DNA of 64,000 nt from Leucoraja ocellata (taxonomy: Eukaryota): the NCBI GenBank assembly GCA_036785375.1, contig JAWMAR010001853.1:62001-126000 (forward strand). The letters run 5' to 3'. Below are positions 48,301 through 61,384 of the stretch, one piece after another. The notes beneath the pieces are model-generated. The model was not told the origin of the DNA. It was given only the letters and a program-made list of their open reading frames with translations, and ran no database searches. Positions within the stretch are counted from its first letter, which is position 1, and each line of letters begins with the position of its first letter. The translations under genes were made by a program, and so were the position numbers.

Positions 48301-49167
48301 ACTTCCGGTGGGCGGCGCGACTCTGGTCAGCAGCGGCCTCTGCAGTCTGTCCGCGTTTTATTATTTTCTGTCTGTGTTTTTATGTAGTTTTTGTTATTTT
48401 TTTGTTGGGGTGTGTGTGGGGGGGGGGCGGGGGTGGGGTGGGAGGGGGGGGGAAACTTTTTAAATCTCTCCCTGCACGGGAGACCCGACCTTTTCTCGTC
48501 GGGTTTCCGTTGTCGTTGGGGCCGCAACGAGGAGCGGCCTCCAACAGGAAGAGACCGGGGACTCTGGTGCTACGACTCACCGTCACCGTCGCGGGGCTGG
48601 CCGAGTCCGGAGCGGGTGGAGCGGTGGAGGAGCGCTGCTGCTGCTGCGGCCCGACCGGAGAGTCGGAGGCTCCAACGGCAGGTCTGTGGACGGCGGCACC
48701 GGGAGCCCGCGGGTCCCTGGAGGGAGACCGCTTTTCAGGGCTCTCGCAACGGCGACTTCCCCCGCCCGAGTTGCGGGGTTGAAGAGCTCCTGGAGCGGGG
48801 CCTACATCACTGCCCTGCATGGCTTGGAATGGCCGCGGGACTCTGCGAGCGCACGCCGGGGGCTCTAACACCAAGACCCGGTGTGCGACCTTGCATCACC
48901 CGGCGTGGCTTTAATGGCCGCGGGACAATCGCCATCGCCAGCCGGGGGCTTTGACTTTGACTCTGACATGGGGGGGGGGAGAGTGCAGTGGAGAGATAAG
49001 TTTATTTGGCCTTCCATCACAGCGATGTGATGGATGTTTATGTAAATTATGTTGTGTCTTGGGTCTATGTGTTTGTAATGTATGGCTGCAGAAACGGCAT
49101 TTCGTTTGGACCTCAAAGGGTCCAAATGACAATTAAATGTATCTTGAGCTTGATCTTGATCTTGATC
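48301..49167 (+). mobile_element. Non-autonomous CpG-rich retroelement with a Rex1-like 3' tail
   Basis: Starts ACTTCCGGT with no coding motifs. Ends catttcgttt..aatgacaattaaa plus (TCTTGA)n. Confidence 0.65.
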
Positions 49168-49204
49168 GACAATTTGCATTGCAAGAGCGAATATAATAAT
49201 GGAT

Positions 49205-49630
49205 AGAGACACAAGGCCTTGCAGATGCTGGAATCTTGAGCTAAACACAAAATACTGGAGGGGAAGACACAAAGTGCTAGAGTAATTCACCGGGTCAGGA
49301 AGCATTTCTGGAGAACGTGCATTCGCAACGTTTCGGGTTGGGGTCCTTCTTCAGTCATTAAACGTCACCTAACACTTAGTTTCTTGTGTTGTAAACCAGC
49401 CTCTGCAAGTACTAGAGGAAATCAGTGGGTCAAGCAGTATCAGTGGAGGGAATGGACAGACGACGTTTCAGGTTGAGACGCTTCTTCAGAGTGTTGTTAT
49501 GAACATACGCCTTTATTATTATCATTGTTTTTGGTATATTTGAACTGTTTTCTGCATTTAAAAGAACGGAAGATACAAGGAACTGCAGAACATGGATAGG
49601 TAACATTTCAGGTCAGGACCTTCCTGCAGA
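49205..49630. mobile_element. Cluster of Penelope pseudo-LTR fragments
   Basis: Repeated aacgtttcgggttgggtccttcttcag, gacgtttcaggttgagacgcttcttcag and acatttcaggtcaggacctt motifs. Confidence 0.7.
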
Positions 49631-51054
49631 ATGTGCGCAGTATAAGAACTAAACATGCATTGAATTTTTAGAACTGTCACAGGTTTGCAACATTTTTAGA
49701 CTTTAGAAATACTTTAGACTTTAGAGATACAGATACATTCCTCAGTGATTCTTCGGCTAAATAAGTAAATTGAGTGCCAGTGTTTAAGATACATTGCCAC
49801 AGAATAGGCAGCGGTAAGAACACCTGGTTGTTCTGCTTCTGCTGAATGGTAGGTTTCAGAACCCCGGCAATGCTCCAGGCTTTGTTCCAGTCCCATCTCT
49901 CTCTTTTCCAGCTTTCTCCCCCTCCCCCCTCCCACCCCACTATGATCAGTCTCAAGAAGGGTCCAGATCTAAAATGTCACCAGCTCATTCCCTCCTCACA
50001 ACCTGCCGAGTTCCCCAGCAGTTTTTTTTTTGCTCAAGATTCTAGCATCTACAGTTCCTTGTGTCTCTGATGCATGAGGGACAATGCCACTGCAGGTGAG
50101 TCAGATGTTGTCGCCCAATTTGTGCCTGGAACTGCTTGGCTGAATTTCTGAAATAGTGCCAATGACCCAGAAACTGTCATGATTGCATTCCACTCGGGGG
50201 GAAAAAAAAAATCTGTTTTCATGTGTAGTGTATTGGCAGGAAACGGCATACAATTATTGAATTCCAAAGTTAAAACAGTTCTGCACATGTTGAGTTTTCC
50301 CCATTAAAATTAGTGAACACGGAAAAAATATTCCTATCAATGGGTGTTAAATAATTGTTGCCATAAAGAACTAAACATTACACAGTTAATCTACTGTTGC
50401 CATCTTGTGGCCATTATTAAATAATATTGTAAAGTTATGAAGACATACAGCACCGAAAAAGGCCCTTCTGCTCAACTATTTCATACTGACCAAGATGCCC
50501 CATCCAAGCTAGTCCTATTTACCTGCGATAGTGTCAGGCTGCTCATTGAGACCAATGAAAAAAAAGTAATTGTGTTTCAACATCACAATTATACCATAAG
50601 ATTAGTGGTTAAATTACATTTGGTTGCTAAATATTTACCAAATGTTGGGAAGCATTTGACAGGGCAGAATACTTTTCACTTCAAAGGATCTCTTAGAACA
50701 GGGTCAAGGATAAAAAATCATTAGGGATTGGCTGTCTAATTTGAATAGTTGCATAATCCACTAGATGCAAAAAACAATGTCAGGCTGGATTTAAAATTAA
50801 AAACAAGTTTGTTTTTATATTCTTGAAAATTTTGCTATCAGAAAAGCTTGTGCCGTTTTCTAGAGAAAGATAACAATGTGATCCTGATAATGTCACCAAC
50901 ATGTAACATTTCTTCAGTTTAACAATGAAACATATTGTTCACCTGACAAACTTCCTAAACTGGGAATATAGACACCCACCCCTTAATTCAGCTGGTGCAA
51001 GCGATGAAAAGTTGCTCAGTAGTTTTTCTACCTCAGTTGAAAAGTTCAAGAGAA

Positions 51055-51222
51055 ATTCAGGGGGTCAGGCATCACCTATGGAGAGAATGGAAAGGTGAGT
51101 TTTAGGAAGGGTCCCCACCCGAAACACCGTCGATCCATTCCCTCTACAGATGCTGCCTGGCCCATTGAGTCCAGCACTTTGTTTTTTGCTCAAGATTCTA
51201 GCATCTGAAGTTTCTTAGGTCA
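51055..51222. mobile_element. Degenerate fold-back Penelope LTR element
   Basis: gaagggtccccacccgaaacaccgtc with inverted arms caggcatc...gatgctgcctg. Confidence 0.6.
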
Positions 51223-52019
51223 CCTGATTGCTGATAAGGTTCAGTGATACAAGTTTCAATTAACTTTATCGGAAATCTTTTGCTTTTCATTGGCAAATTT
51301 AACATTGCCACAGTCACCCAATTCAATGTTTCACTGCAAATCCTGTGAAGTATCTCTAATTAGTATCTTTCTTGGAAAGTAGTTCTTTTTTCCACCACCC
51401 ATAATCTAACACTCTAAGTCAATACTGAATCCATCTATGCAATATTATCAAACTTAAGCTCTTACGCTTGTGTAGATTGTGAATAATTTTGCTGAATGAC
51501 ATCTAAAGCACTACAACATTTAAAAAATACTTTTTTGTCATGATCTATTTTAAAAAAATCTTTGTTTAAAAATAATTAGAAATAAAAATTGTCAGTTGTT
51601 TATAAGTCAACAAACCATGAATATTTGCAGGGTGTTACTTGCATATATTTGATTGAAAAAATCATGAAGTCATTGTCATGTAATCACAAAACTTTCCTTC
51701 CTCTGGTCTCAAATGAAAACTGAGTTAACGATGCTTTGATGCAAGCATAAAATTTGTTAAATGATCTAAAAATGAATACATTTTCACATTTTGCTTCAAA
51801 TAATAGTTATTGATGCCAGCTTCAAAAGGGCTGCATGTCTACAAATATCCCTCGCATTTGAAGCAACAGTACTTTGGTTTCATTTGGCCCGAAGGCAGAG
51901 GGATAGATTATTGGGGAACAGATAGATCTTATGTTATAATGTTAATGTTAATTGAACAAGATAGTTTTTGAAAACTAAATTACTGTTTTATCCCCCACGA
52001 TGATTGTAAAGTCTAACCA

Positions 52020-52500
52020 GCTAGTCCATAATTCCTTTCTTGGAAAAATACAAGCAGTTTTGGCCTTCATTTCCCAAGAATATATTTCAATCTGTTGTGC
52101 ATGCTTCTCTAATTAGGTTGATAGCAGAAAATGCTATCCATCCTGTATCTTCTTCATCGTGCCATGCGAACCATGATCCAAACTGATAGGTTTGCAGACG
52201 CAATCTCAGTGCAGACCACAAAGTCACAATTCACCAAGGCTGTATTTTTGCCCCTGCACTGTACACAATTTTTCTTGCCGCAAGTTTACATTTTACCTTC
52301 TACTGGAATCTCAAGTTGAGTACCAGCCTCTTGAGGCAATGGTTAGGGTTGCAAACTCTCAGGTAATTATACAGGATACAGGACTCAGCCAAGTTGAAAA
52401 AGTTATTGCTGGCATGGGAGTCCATAAAGTCACTGAAAAGCTTGCTTGATAGGACTGTTCTGTGTGATAATCTGCACTCCTGGATTGCCAATGATGCAGA
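52020..52500 (+). mobile_element. Ancient RTE-clade LINE RT remnant
   Basis: caaggctgtatttttgcccctgcactgtacacaatttttcttgccgca translates to QGCIFAPALYTIFLAA (RT QG motif typical of RTE/BovB). Confidence 0.55.
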
Positions 52501-52599
52501 GCAGGAGAGGTGAAACAAGCCATTAAACTATTTTATGAATCTTGCATCAAATCATCATTAACTCAATTGATCCATTTTAGATCAGAGCAAGGAAAGTTT

Positions 52600-53070
52600 G
52601 TTGATTTTACAAAGCTGTTGTCAGGATCTAAGAGCCTGAGATACAGGGAGAGGTTGGGCAGACTCGGACTTTATTCCTTGGAATGCAAGAGGCTGAAGGG
52701 TGATTTTATGAGGGGAAGTTCATGAGGGGATTAGATAGGATGAATGCATAGTCTTTCACCCAGATTAGGGGAATCAAGAACCAGAGGACATAGATTTAAG
52801 ATGAGAGGGGAAAGATTTAATAGGAACCTGAGAGACAATTTTTTTCACGCAGTGGGGGTTATATGGAGCGAGCTGCCAAGGAGGTAGCTGAGGAAGGTAC
52901 AATAACAACATTTAAAAGACATTTGGACAGGTACATGGATGGGACAGATTTAGGGGGATATGGGATAAACATGGGTAGGTGGGATTAGTGTAGATGTGAC
53001 AATTTGGTCGGCATGGTTACGTTGGGGCAAAGGAACTGTTTCCTTGCTGTATGACTCTGATTCTATGACT
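52600..53070 (+). mobile_element. CR1-like LINE 3' fragment
   Basis: LRYRERLGRLGLYSLECKRLKGD and a (CTATGA)n tail. Confidence 0.85.
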
Positions 53071-53974
53071 ATGATTACATTATATACACGCAAGTGGCAG
53101 CACAATATATGACATTCACTATTTTAACATCATTGATAATGTAGGCCTATAATATTGAAACAATGCTCAGAGGTAAAGGCCTTTCAAGTCTCATGAATCG
53201 TAAGACCTAGAGTCCTGTGAATATTTAATCAGTTAACATTCTGATTAGTATAATATTTTAATTTCTATAACTTAATTGATCTCACAATCCATGATTGGAA
53301 TATGTTATTTTATATTTTGATTTTGTGATGATCTTCTGACAAGCTCATTGTGAACAATACTGACACCATAACGATTCATAAATTTCAAGATATTGTTCAA
53401 CTGGGTCATTTGACTAGAAATGTTCACAACAAATGTCCATGGAAGCATTTCAATTTGTGATTTTAGATTCTTCAGTCATGCCCACTTAAAATGAGATAGT
53501 GTGAGTTTCAACAGTCACAGTAACTGACTGACCATAAAATATTAGTTGCAATACCCATTCAAAGTTGCAAGTTACAACATTAGGACTTGAATAACAAAGC
53601 CAGTTCAGACCATTTCCTTGCATTCTTTTTTTAAATTATATCTTCAAACCTGCTTAGTCAATAGCCAATAGCCAAGTTATTTTGCTCGGCTATTTTGCCA
53701 AAACTCCATGCCCTTGCTCCTAATTCAATCCACTCATTGGTTATTCAACTAGGCTAAAAGTGATTATGTACAGTCAAGGTAACTCAGACATTTTCCTAGA
53801 AATTCAGCTGCATATTACAGTTTTATTTCCAAGGTTACGAAGTATTGATTTTTTTTTCTAGTGAAATGCAATAACATCTGATTCTGGATAGTTCTCACCA
53901 GAATGGAAATTTGACGGAACATTTTGCTTCATGAATCCGATGCCATTGACATGATTTTTGGGTCAAGGCATATA

Positions 53975-54817
53975 CCGTATTTCCCGGCAATGAAGACGCT
54001 ATTTTTTACCCAAAAATTTACCTGCGCCTTGGAGGCCCAAGGTTAGATTGTTAGCCAAGAAAGATAGACTTGGCAATCCCTCAGTACAGCAACATCAAGA
54101 ACAATGTTGCTGTACTGAGGGATAGCCAAGTCTATCCCTCATTGCTGACAGCTGATGGGAAGCGGCTGTAAAGTGGGAAGCGGCTGTAAAAGGACAGCGC
54201 CGCTGGGGGGGGGGAGAGTTTCTTTCATAGCGTGTGGGGAGTCTGGCCCAGGTCAGCACAGCCTGGGCTGCACAAAGTAGTAAACTTGGTTGGCCGCCAG
54301 GGGTAAAGTTGCAGTGAGGGCAGGAGCGTTGAGAAGGAGGGGGTTGGGGATCATGCCAGCAACTCACTCAGTAGCTCGGGTGGTTGCGAGCGGCTGCCGG
54401 GACCATACAGCGGAACTGGCTGCCACCTCAGCGCCTTCTGGCAGGCCGCTCGCCAGCCAGCCACGGTGTCCTTTAGCACAGGCACAACCGGTGGAGGTAG
54501 TGGTTGGTGGGTTGTTACTGGGCGTAAGAATGGCTGCTCTGTCCCAGGCTCTCTCTCTCACTCTCTCCCCGTTATGTGATCTCCCTGCACCAGGAAGTCC
54601 CCATCCCTCAGACCTGTACCGCACAGCGCATTGTGGGACAGGCGAAGATGGAGGCTCCCCAGTCCTCATTGCCACCTTTGAGTAGTTTCACATCTTCCTT
54701 TCTACTGACTAAACCAAACCCTTGATCCTGTCCTGCCAGCATTTAAAAAAAAAATTAGCAACTCAAAATGGGGGTGCGTCTTTGACGCAGGTGCGTCTTC
54801 ATTGCTGGGAAATATAG
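53975..54817. mobile_element. Tc1/mariner (Tc2/Tigger-like) non-autonomous DNA transposon
   Basis: TIRs CCGTATTTCCCGGCAATGAAGACGC / GCGTCTTCATTGCTGGGAAATATAG with a TA TSD on both sides. Confidence 0.85.
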
Positions 54818-55218
54818 TATCTTGATCTTGTTCTATGTGCAATATTCTTTCTGGAGCGTTGTGGAGAACTTGGATAAACTTGAACTGCAGGGATGCACTT
54901 GTCATTGGACACTCGAGGGACAATGTGTACGTCCAGGACAGCTGAAAAGCAAGGGAATAATATACCTTAATTCCTTGATCCCTACCCACCCTTAATCCTC
55001 AATGCCAATCCTTGCGATGTAATGCTGGTCTCAATCTACATAACCTAATTTAAGAGTCCCCTGATCTTTCAAATGTGATGTTGATGTCTAATCCTCATGA
55101 CGCAATGCTGGTCAAAAATCCCTAAATCCCAATATATTTTCCCCAAATGTAATAATGCTAGCCCTCAGTTCCCTCCCCGACTGAGAGAATCCAAGAGAGT
55201 CAAGCATGTTTAATTGTT

Positions 55219-55938
55219 CAATGGTTCACAGGTTCAAAGCTATTTTATTATCACGTGTACTATTTGAGGTACAGTGAAACTCGATTTACCATACAGTCAT
55301 ACTAGAAAAAGCCACAAGACACACAACTACATAAAAATTAACATAAACATCCACCACAGCAGATTTCCCACATTTCTCACTGTGATGTAAGGCAATAAAG
55401 TCTAATCTCCTTCACTCTTTATTTCTCCCGTGGTCGGGGCGATCGAAGGTCCCGCAGTTGGCAATCGAAGCTTCCTGTGTTGGGGCAGTCGAAGCTCCCG
55501 CGATCGGGGCACTCGAAGCTCCTGTGGCCTGGAGCTACCGGAGTTGGTTCTTAACCAAGGGACCGTGAGCTCCACGATGTTAAGTCCGCAGGCTCCTGCG
55601 ATTGGAGCTTCAGAAGTCGATCCCCATCAGGGACTGCCAGTGCCACGATGTTAAGCCCTGCCTGCTCCCGCAGTTGGAGCTCCCGATCAATCCTCAGCAA
55701 GCGGTCGCCAGATCCTCGATGTTAGGCCGCAATTCGGATGGAGATACAATACGGGAAAAAATTGCATCTCCATCGAGGGAAGAGATTTTTAAAAATGTTT
55801 CCACCAACCCCCCACCCCCACATAATACAAAGCAAAAGAGCACTAAAACATATATTTAGCACACATTAAAAAACAACAAAGAAAGAAAAGGACGAGACAC
55901 ACTGTTGGCAAGGCAGCCATTGCGGTGTCATCCGGTGG
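55219..55938 (-). mobile_element. Non-autonomous retroelement nested in a Rex1 3' fragment (55195-56220)
   Basis: Related to 8044-8320 and structurally to 48301-49167. The host sequence agagtcaagcatgtttaattgt|tgtcatatgtacc is split around it. Confidence 0.6.
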
Positions 55939-56847
55939 TGTCATATGTACCGACAACAAAACAATGTAATTCGTACATGCAGCAACATAACAGGCCCATA
56001 AACACAGATAAATCTGGTAATATGATAAAATACAATAAATTAATAACCATAATATTAGTGGAAAATACAAAGGCGGAAGTGCAACCAACAACAATCCATA
56101 AAAGTTCATAGTTGAAGAGGTTAGTGTTATGAAGTGTCCAAGAGCCTGATGGTTACTGGGAAGAAGCTGTTCTTTAACCTGGTGGTCACAGTTTACAGGA
56201 ATTTGTACCTACTCTCCCAATGGTTTAAGTAAATCATAATTTATTCTCCAATATTGCACACGCGAAATATTCTTTACCGATACAGCAGAAATTATTGTCC
56301 TTAATTTATTTGCTTTCTGTTGCCTTTTGGAAGCCCTGTGCCTTCCATACTTTTAATTCCCATTTATCCAAAATTCCCTGAGGCAGCAATTCCCGAATCA
56401 TTACATTTAATGAGCTTGCCAAGTTATTTAAAACCCAATCTTCTTTTATTAATACATTTTACAAACCTTCAAAATCACATGATCTTAAAATTTACTCTAA
56501 ATTACTACTTCCAGCAATTATTTAAAGTGGTCTATTTAAAAGTTTGGTAAGCTTTTGATATTTAGGTCACTACATTGCTGGTATCAATGTTTATGGAAAT
56601 AATTGCTAGTCGGTGGTCAAGAGTTAACACTTTTCCCAGTTCCCTCATGTTACTATGACAGATTTATAGAGTCGTGGAGCGGTATATTACAGAAACAGGC
56701 CCTTCAGCCTGCTTTGTCCATGCAGACAATGGTGACATATTGTGCTAGTCCCATTTGGTAGCATTTGGCCCATAGCCATCTTATTCATTTAATTGCCCAA
56801 TTGTCTTTTAAAAGTCATTGTTGTATTCACTTCCATAGTTTCAAATG

Positions 56848-57480
56848 TTTAGTTTAGAGATACAACGCAGAAACAGACCCTTCGGCCCACCAGGTCCGCA
56901 CTGACCAGTGATCCCTGCATATTAACATTATCCTACACTAACTAGGGACAATTTTTTACATGTATCAAGCCAATTAACCTGTACATACCTGTACATAGAA
57001 ACATAGAAAATAGGTGCAGGAGTAGGCCATTCGGCCCTTCGAGCCTGCACCGCCATTCAATATGATCATGGCTGATCATCCAACTCAGTATCCTGTACCT
57101 GCCTTCTCTCCATACCCCCTGATCCCTTTAGCCACAAGGGCCACATCTAACTCCCTCTTAAATATAGCCAATGAACTGGCCTCAACTATCTTCTGTGGCA
57201 GAGGATTCCAGAGATTCACCACTCTCTGTGTGAAAAATGTTTTCCTCATCTCGGTCCTAAAAGATTTCCCCTTTATCCTTAAACTGTGACCCCTTGCTCT
57301 GGACTTCCCCAACATCGGGAACAATCTTCCTGCATCTAGCCTGTCCAACCCCTTAAGAATTTTGTAAGTTTCTATAAGATCCCCCCTCAATCTTCTAAAT
57401 TCTAGCGAGTACAAACTTTGGAACGTGGGAGGAAACTGAAGATCTCGGAGAAAACCCACGCTTCTCGGAGAAAACCCAGA
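56848..57480 (-). mobile_element. tRNA SINE with a nested young CR1 3' end (56994-57412)
   Basis: The SINE body breaks at tacctgtac and resumes gtacaaactttggaacgtggg. CR1 ORF 57085-57459 (LYSLEFRRLRGDLIETYKI) with a (CATAGAAA)n tail. Confidence 0.88.
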
Positions 57481-58109
57481 AAACAGGCAGCTTATTTCAG
57501 ATACGGACTATCTTCCGAGTGAAAAGGTTGCCCCTGAGGTCCGTCTTAAATCTCTTACCTTAAGCATATGCCCTCTCGTTTTAGAAACCTCCGTCTTAAG
57601 AAAGACTGTGAGCTTTCACTTTACATGATCCTTTACACATCAATAAAGTCACCATATTTATTGTATGTGTAGATGTATTTGTATTTTGTGCTATTGTGTT
57701 TGGCAGGAACTCATTAAACTCCATTAGTGAAAATTCATAAATTGAGATGCCACTGTGTTGGTTACATGATGCCAGATACATTGATATCAAAGATTGTTGT
57801 GCAAATCTCGTGAACATTGTTATCAATTCTGGAGGGTGGCAGTCATTTGAATGTTGTGTTCAAAGTATGGATTAATTTCACTGGGGCAACTTGCTTTGAA
57901 ATTGTGGAATATTTGTGGAATAACCCTCAACCCATTATGACCTTGGTGTGGGTGAAGGTTTATTCACAATTTGAACTGTAGTGCTAAAGCATTGAAAACA
58001 TCTAATATGAGAGATGAAGAATGTCATTTGTACCTGGAAAGAATCAGATCAGCTTGCAGACACTTTATGTAGGACAATATATTCATAAAACAAAGCAGAG
58101 TATTTGAAA

Positions 58110-58405
58110 TAAATTGAATTGAATTGAAAGATACAACATGGAAATAGGCCCTTCGGCCCACTGAGTTTACGTCAACCATCGATCATCTGTTCATACTAGT
58201 TCTATGTATTCCCACTTTCTCATTCACTCATTACACACTAGGGGCAATTTTACCGAGGCCAATTAACTTACAAACACACTCACCTTTGGAATGGAGGAAA
58301 TAGGAACATCTGAAGGATACCCACGTGGACACAGGGAGTACTTTGAAACTCGAAATAGACAGCATGAAGGCCAGGGTCGAGCCCGGATCTCTAACGCTGT
58401 GAGGT
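58110..58405 (-). mobile_element. tRNA-derived SINE
   Basis: (TTGAA)n tail and a family body similar to 42318-42600. Confidence 0.75.
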
Positions 58406-59254
58406 ATATACAATATATCTCAATTCTTTTCATAGTACAAAAATTAAGGGGAAATAACTGAAGTAGCAGAACGCAGTGCAAATTGTTGACCACTGCCCCA
58501 ATTGATACTCTTTCAGCACTTTAGTTGCAAAACAAAATCAATTGCTCTGGAATTCAGGAAAACCTGTTATTGGTAACCACTGTACCTTTTTCAACTCTTG
58601 TTGTTTGCTACAGAAATTGAAATGGATGATTGTATTTAATGGTTCAGAGATTATCTACAGCCAGAACAAGCTTTGCAATTATTCTTAGCTACAATATTGT
58701 TGCCATTGAACCCCAAAGGCTGTTACTTTTCTTGGCGATGTATGATTCATACCTGGTTATTAGGTGACTCAGTGTTCAAACATTCACAGAGACAGGATGA
58801 CTCAAATGTCAGCATCTTCCCTTGGGACACAAATTGAACAAAACAAATTCAGCCCACACAAGCCATAAAACCCAGTTCATTCGACAACTAATGATAATGA
58901 TTCTAGGAAATCATAGTTAGACTTTGCAAATGAGTATCTAATGAAATGCAGAATCATTAATGATGTGTTTGGGTAGGTTTTAGATGCACATTGTAAATTA
59001 TGAATTATACTGTTGTATCCAATTTTATCCCAGACAATTTAACGATTTTATTTTATTTTATTCAACTTCCATTCTTTTAGCAGAATACTAACCGGAAAAG
59101 CAAATAAATTACTTACATGTACAAATTGGATATAAGCCGAGGGCACAAAGAAAAGAATGTGTAAGATGTACAGTATTGTCTGTCTATTTTCTCTGATACA
59201 TTTTTCCCCCTGCGATCCCCCTCAATTGTGCATAGGAATTCATATTGGGACACT

Positions 59255-59370
59255 TAGTGCTGGAGTAACTCAGCGGGTCAGACAACATCCCTGGAGAACA
59301 TGGATAGATGACGTTTTGGGTTGGGACCCTTCTTCAGACTAAACGAGCATCTGCAGTTCCTTGTTTCTAC
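59255..59370. mobile_element. Penelope pseudo-LTR fragment
   Basis: gacgttttgggttgggacccttcttcagact. Confidence 0.7.
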
Positions 59371-59456
59371 TGAGCCTTCATATTGTTCATTTTTTGGAGA
59401 AATATGCCTATGTTTCCTTTATATAATTGGATGTCTGTATGCATTCATCTTCTTCG

Positions 59457-59775
59457 AGGGTCATCACCTTGTTGTGATGATGAAGCATGCGTGCGCCTAA
59501 GATCCTGAGAGCTAGACCATCTGAAGCTGTGCTCCTGGCAGAATTACCCATGGCAGGCAGGTCCAGGGCGAGGTTTCTAACCAAGCACAGCCCAAAGGTA
59601 GAACAAGCCGAGGATGGTGGCTGGCTAACAGGTGGAGCATCATAACAGCTAAGGCAGCAGAAGTGAGACTCCCAACTATTGTGGACGTCATGCTAGGGAC
59701 CCGGGTCTGCCTCTGTCAAGAATTCTGTGGTGGCTATTTCTGTACCAGTCTCCCGTTAAAAGATATCACGCATTG
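59457..59775 (+). mobile_element. RTE-clade LINE 5' UTR fragment
   Basis: gggtcatcaccttgttgtgatg...gcgtgcgcctaagatcctgagagcta...tgctcctggcagaattacccatggc resembles the conserved RTE/Expander 5' leader as recalled. Confidence 0.55.
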
Positions 59776-60629
59776 CGGTCCACCTGGTGGGGCATACAAA
59801 GAACCCACAAGGAGGACAATCAGTGGTGTAGCTCCATTCGGCGCTCCTCCCCAATCATTAAATAAGCATTCCCAATCACTAAACTTGACATATTCCCCTC
59901 CATCATCCTCCATGGTACGGTATTGCGAGCGTGTGCACCTGATTCCAGGATTCATTATCTTAAAATGGGCTGCATATGAACGTTCATAAGGTCAGAAGGA
60001 ATAGTAGAATTAGGCCATTCGGCCTATCAAGTCTACTCCGCCATTCAATCATGGCTGATCTATGTCACCCTCCTAATCCCATTCTCCTGCCTTCTCCTGT
60101 TTATTTCTATAAACTTTTTGTAAGTAGGACAACAACATTCAAAAAAAGCTGCTTTGGTTTCCTCCCACATCCCAAAGACATGAGGGTTGCGAGTAGATTG
60201 GCCACTGGTGTGTAGGTCGGTGGTGGTATCTAAGGCAAGTTGGTGGGTATGTGGGTATTGATGTAAATGGATGCTGATGCGCTGAGCAGCCTGTTTCCGT
60301 GCTGTGTGACTATGACTCTGTGAAAAGACGCACTTCCTCATGAATGCAAACTAATTCTGTGACAAACTCCGGCTGGTTTACACAACTGATTGTTACTCGC
60401 ATGTTGGCTCCAGTGATGGAAATGGGTTTTAGAAACTAGGGGTACTCTAAGGTTCGTGAGGCTGAGGTTGGGAAGGAAGGGGGGGGGATTTTTTTATGTG
60501 TGGTCATACCCATGTAAGAGTACAAGAATGCATAACTTGTTTATTATGTAATTATAATATAGTTGATTGTGCATAATATGTCGTAGCTGCTTTCTTGCAT
60601 CTCTCTGTCACTCTCTTTCTCTCTCTCTG

Positions 60630-60760
60630 TGTTGGCTGCAGCCATCTTCTGCTTCGGTGAGAGAAGCAGGTCGGTGATTGATCAAAAGACCCCATGGAGA
60701 CTGTGCCTGATTGGCCGCCGAGTGACCAGCGCATTATGTGATTGGACATAATACCCTTCC
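60630..60760. promoter_or_regulatory. Promoter-like motifs (YY1-type GCCATCTT, two ATTGG/CCAAT boxes)
   Basis: GCAGCCATCTT at about 60638, ATTGG at about 60710 and 60741, locally CpG-rich. Could instead be internal Helitron sequence. Confidence 0.3.
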
Positions 60761-61384
60761 CCCTACCCCCTCCCCAAGAGGAAGGAACCGCAGATGCAGC
60801 CGTCTCCGCAAAACGCCTAATGATTCCAGGAGTGCCGAGGCGAGAGGGTGAGAGAGAGTGAGTGAGAGAGCGAGAGAGATCCAAAGGACGGATTCGGATC
60901 CTAACTACGCCTCGCTGAGATCTCGCCAGAAGTTTCAAACCTACGGCCCCCTACAGTTCGAGCCATGTGAACCAACAACCACATTCGCTACTTTGACTGG
61001 GAGTTCGCGTTCCGCCACAGTCCTGCCAATGGTTTATTTCCCCAGATTTTGAATAAAGTTGTTCACAAAACTCACTTTTTGAAATATAATTGCCGCTTGC
61101 CAGCTGCTGATGTCACAATGCCTACATGCCCACCAATCCAGGCCCACCTGCCTCCTGGCCCTGCCCCCGCCCCCCCCACCGCCGCTGTGGATTAAAGGTG
61201 CAGAAAGATTGAGAAAGTTCTGCAGAAAAGATTCTACAGCTCATTTCCGCTATATTCTCGGGGCAGCGGCGCCTCACGCGCTGAACATTCTCCTCACTGT
61301 TGGCGCAGCTCGTGAAGCCCCGCCAGCCTGCGCATTCATTCCAGCTGTGGGTTTCAGAGTCTGAAGCCGATTCTCTCTCCTCAT

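Noticed and set aside
48380-48954. Long GC-rich ORFs (164-187 aa)
   Set aside because: Open frames expected from high GC inside a non-autonomous repeat, with no domain similarity.
52131-52449. ORFs that look like a host membrane-protein exon
   Set aside because: An alternative frame gives QGCIFAPALYTIFLAA, an RT motif, so this is an old RTE LINE.
59734-59955. 73-aa minus-strand ORF
   Set aside because: No known motif. It adjoins an RTE 5' UTR remnant and is probably part of it.
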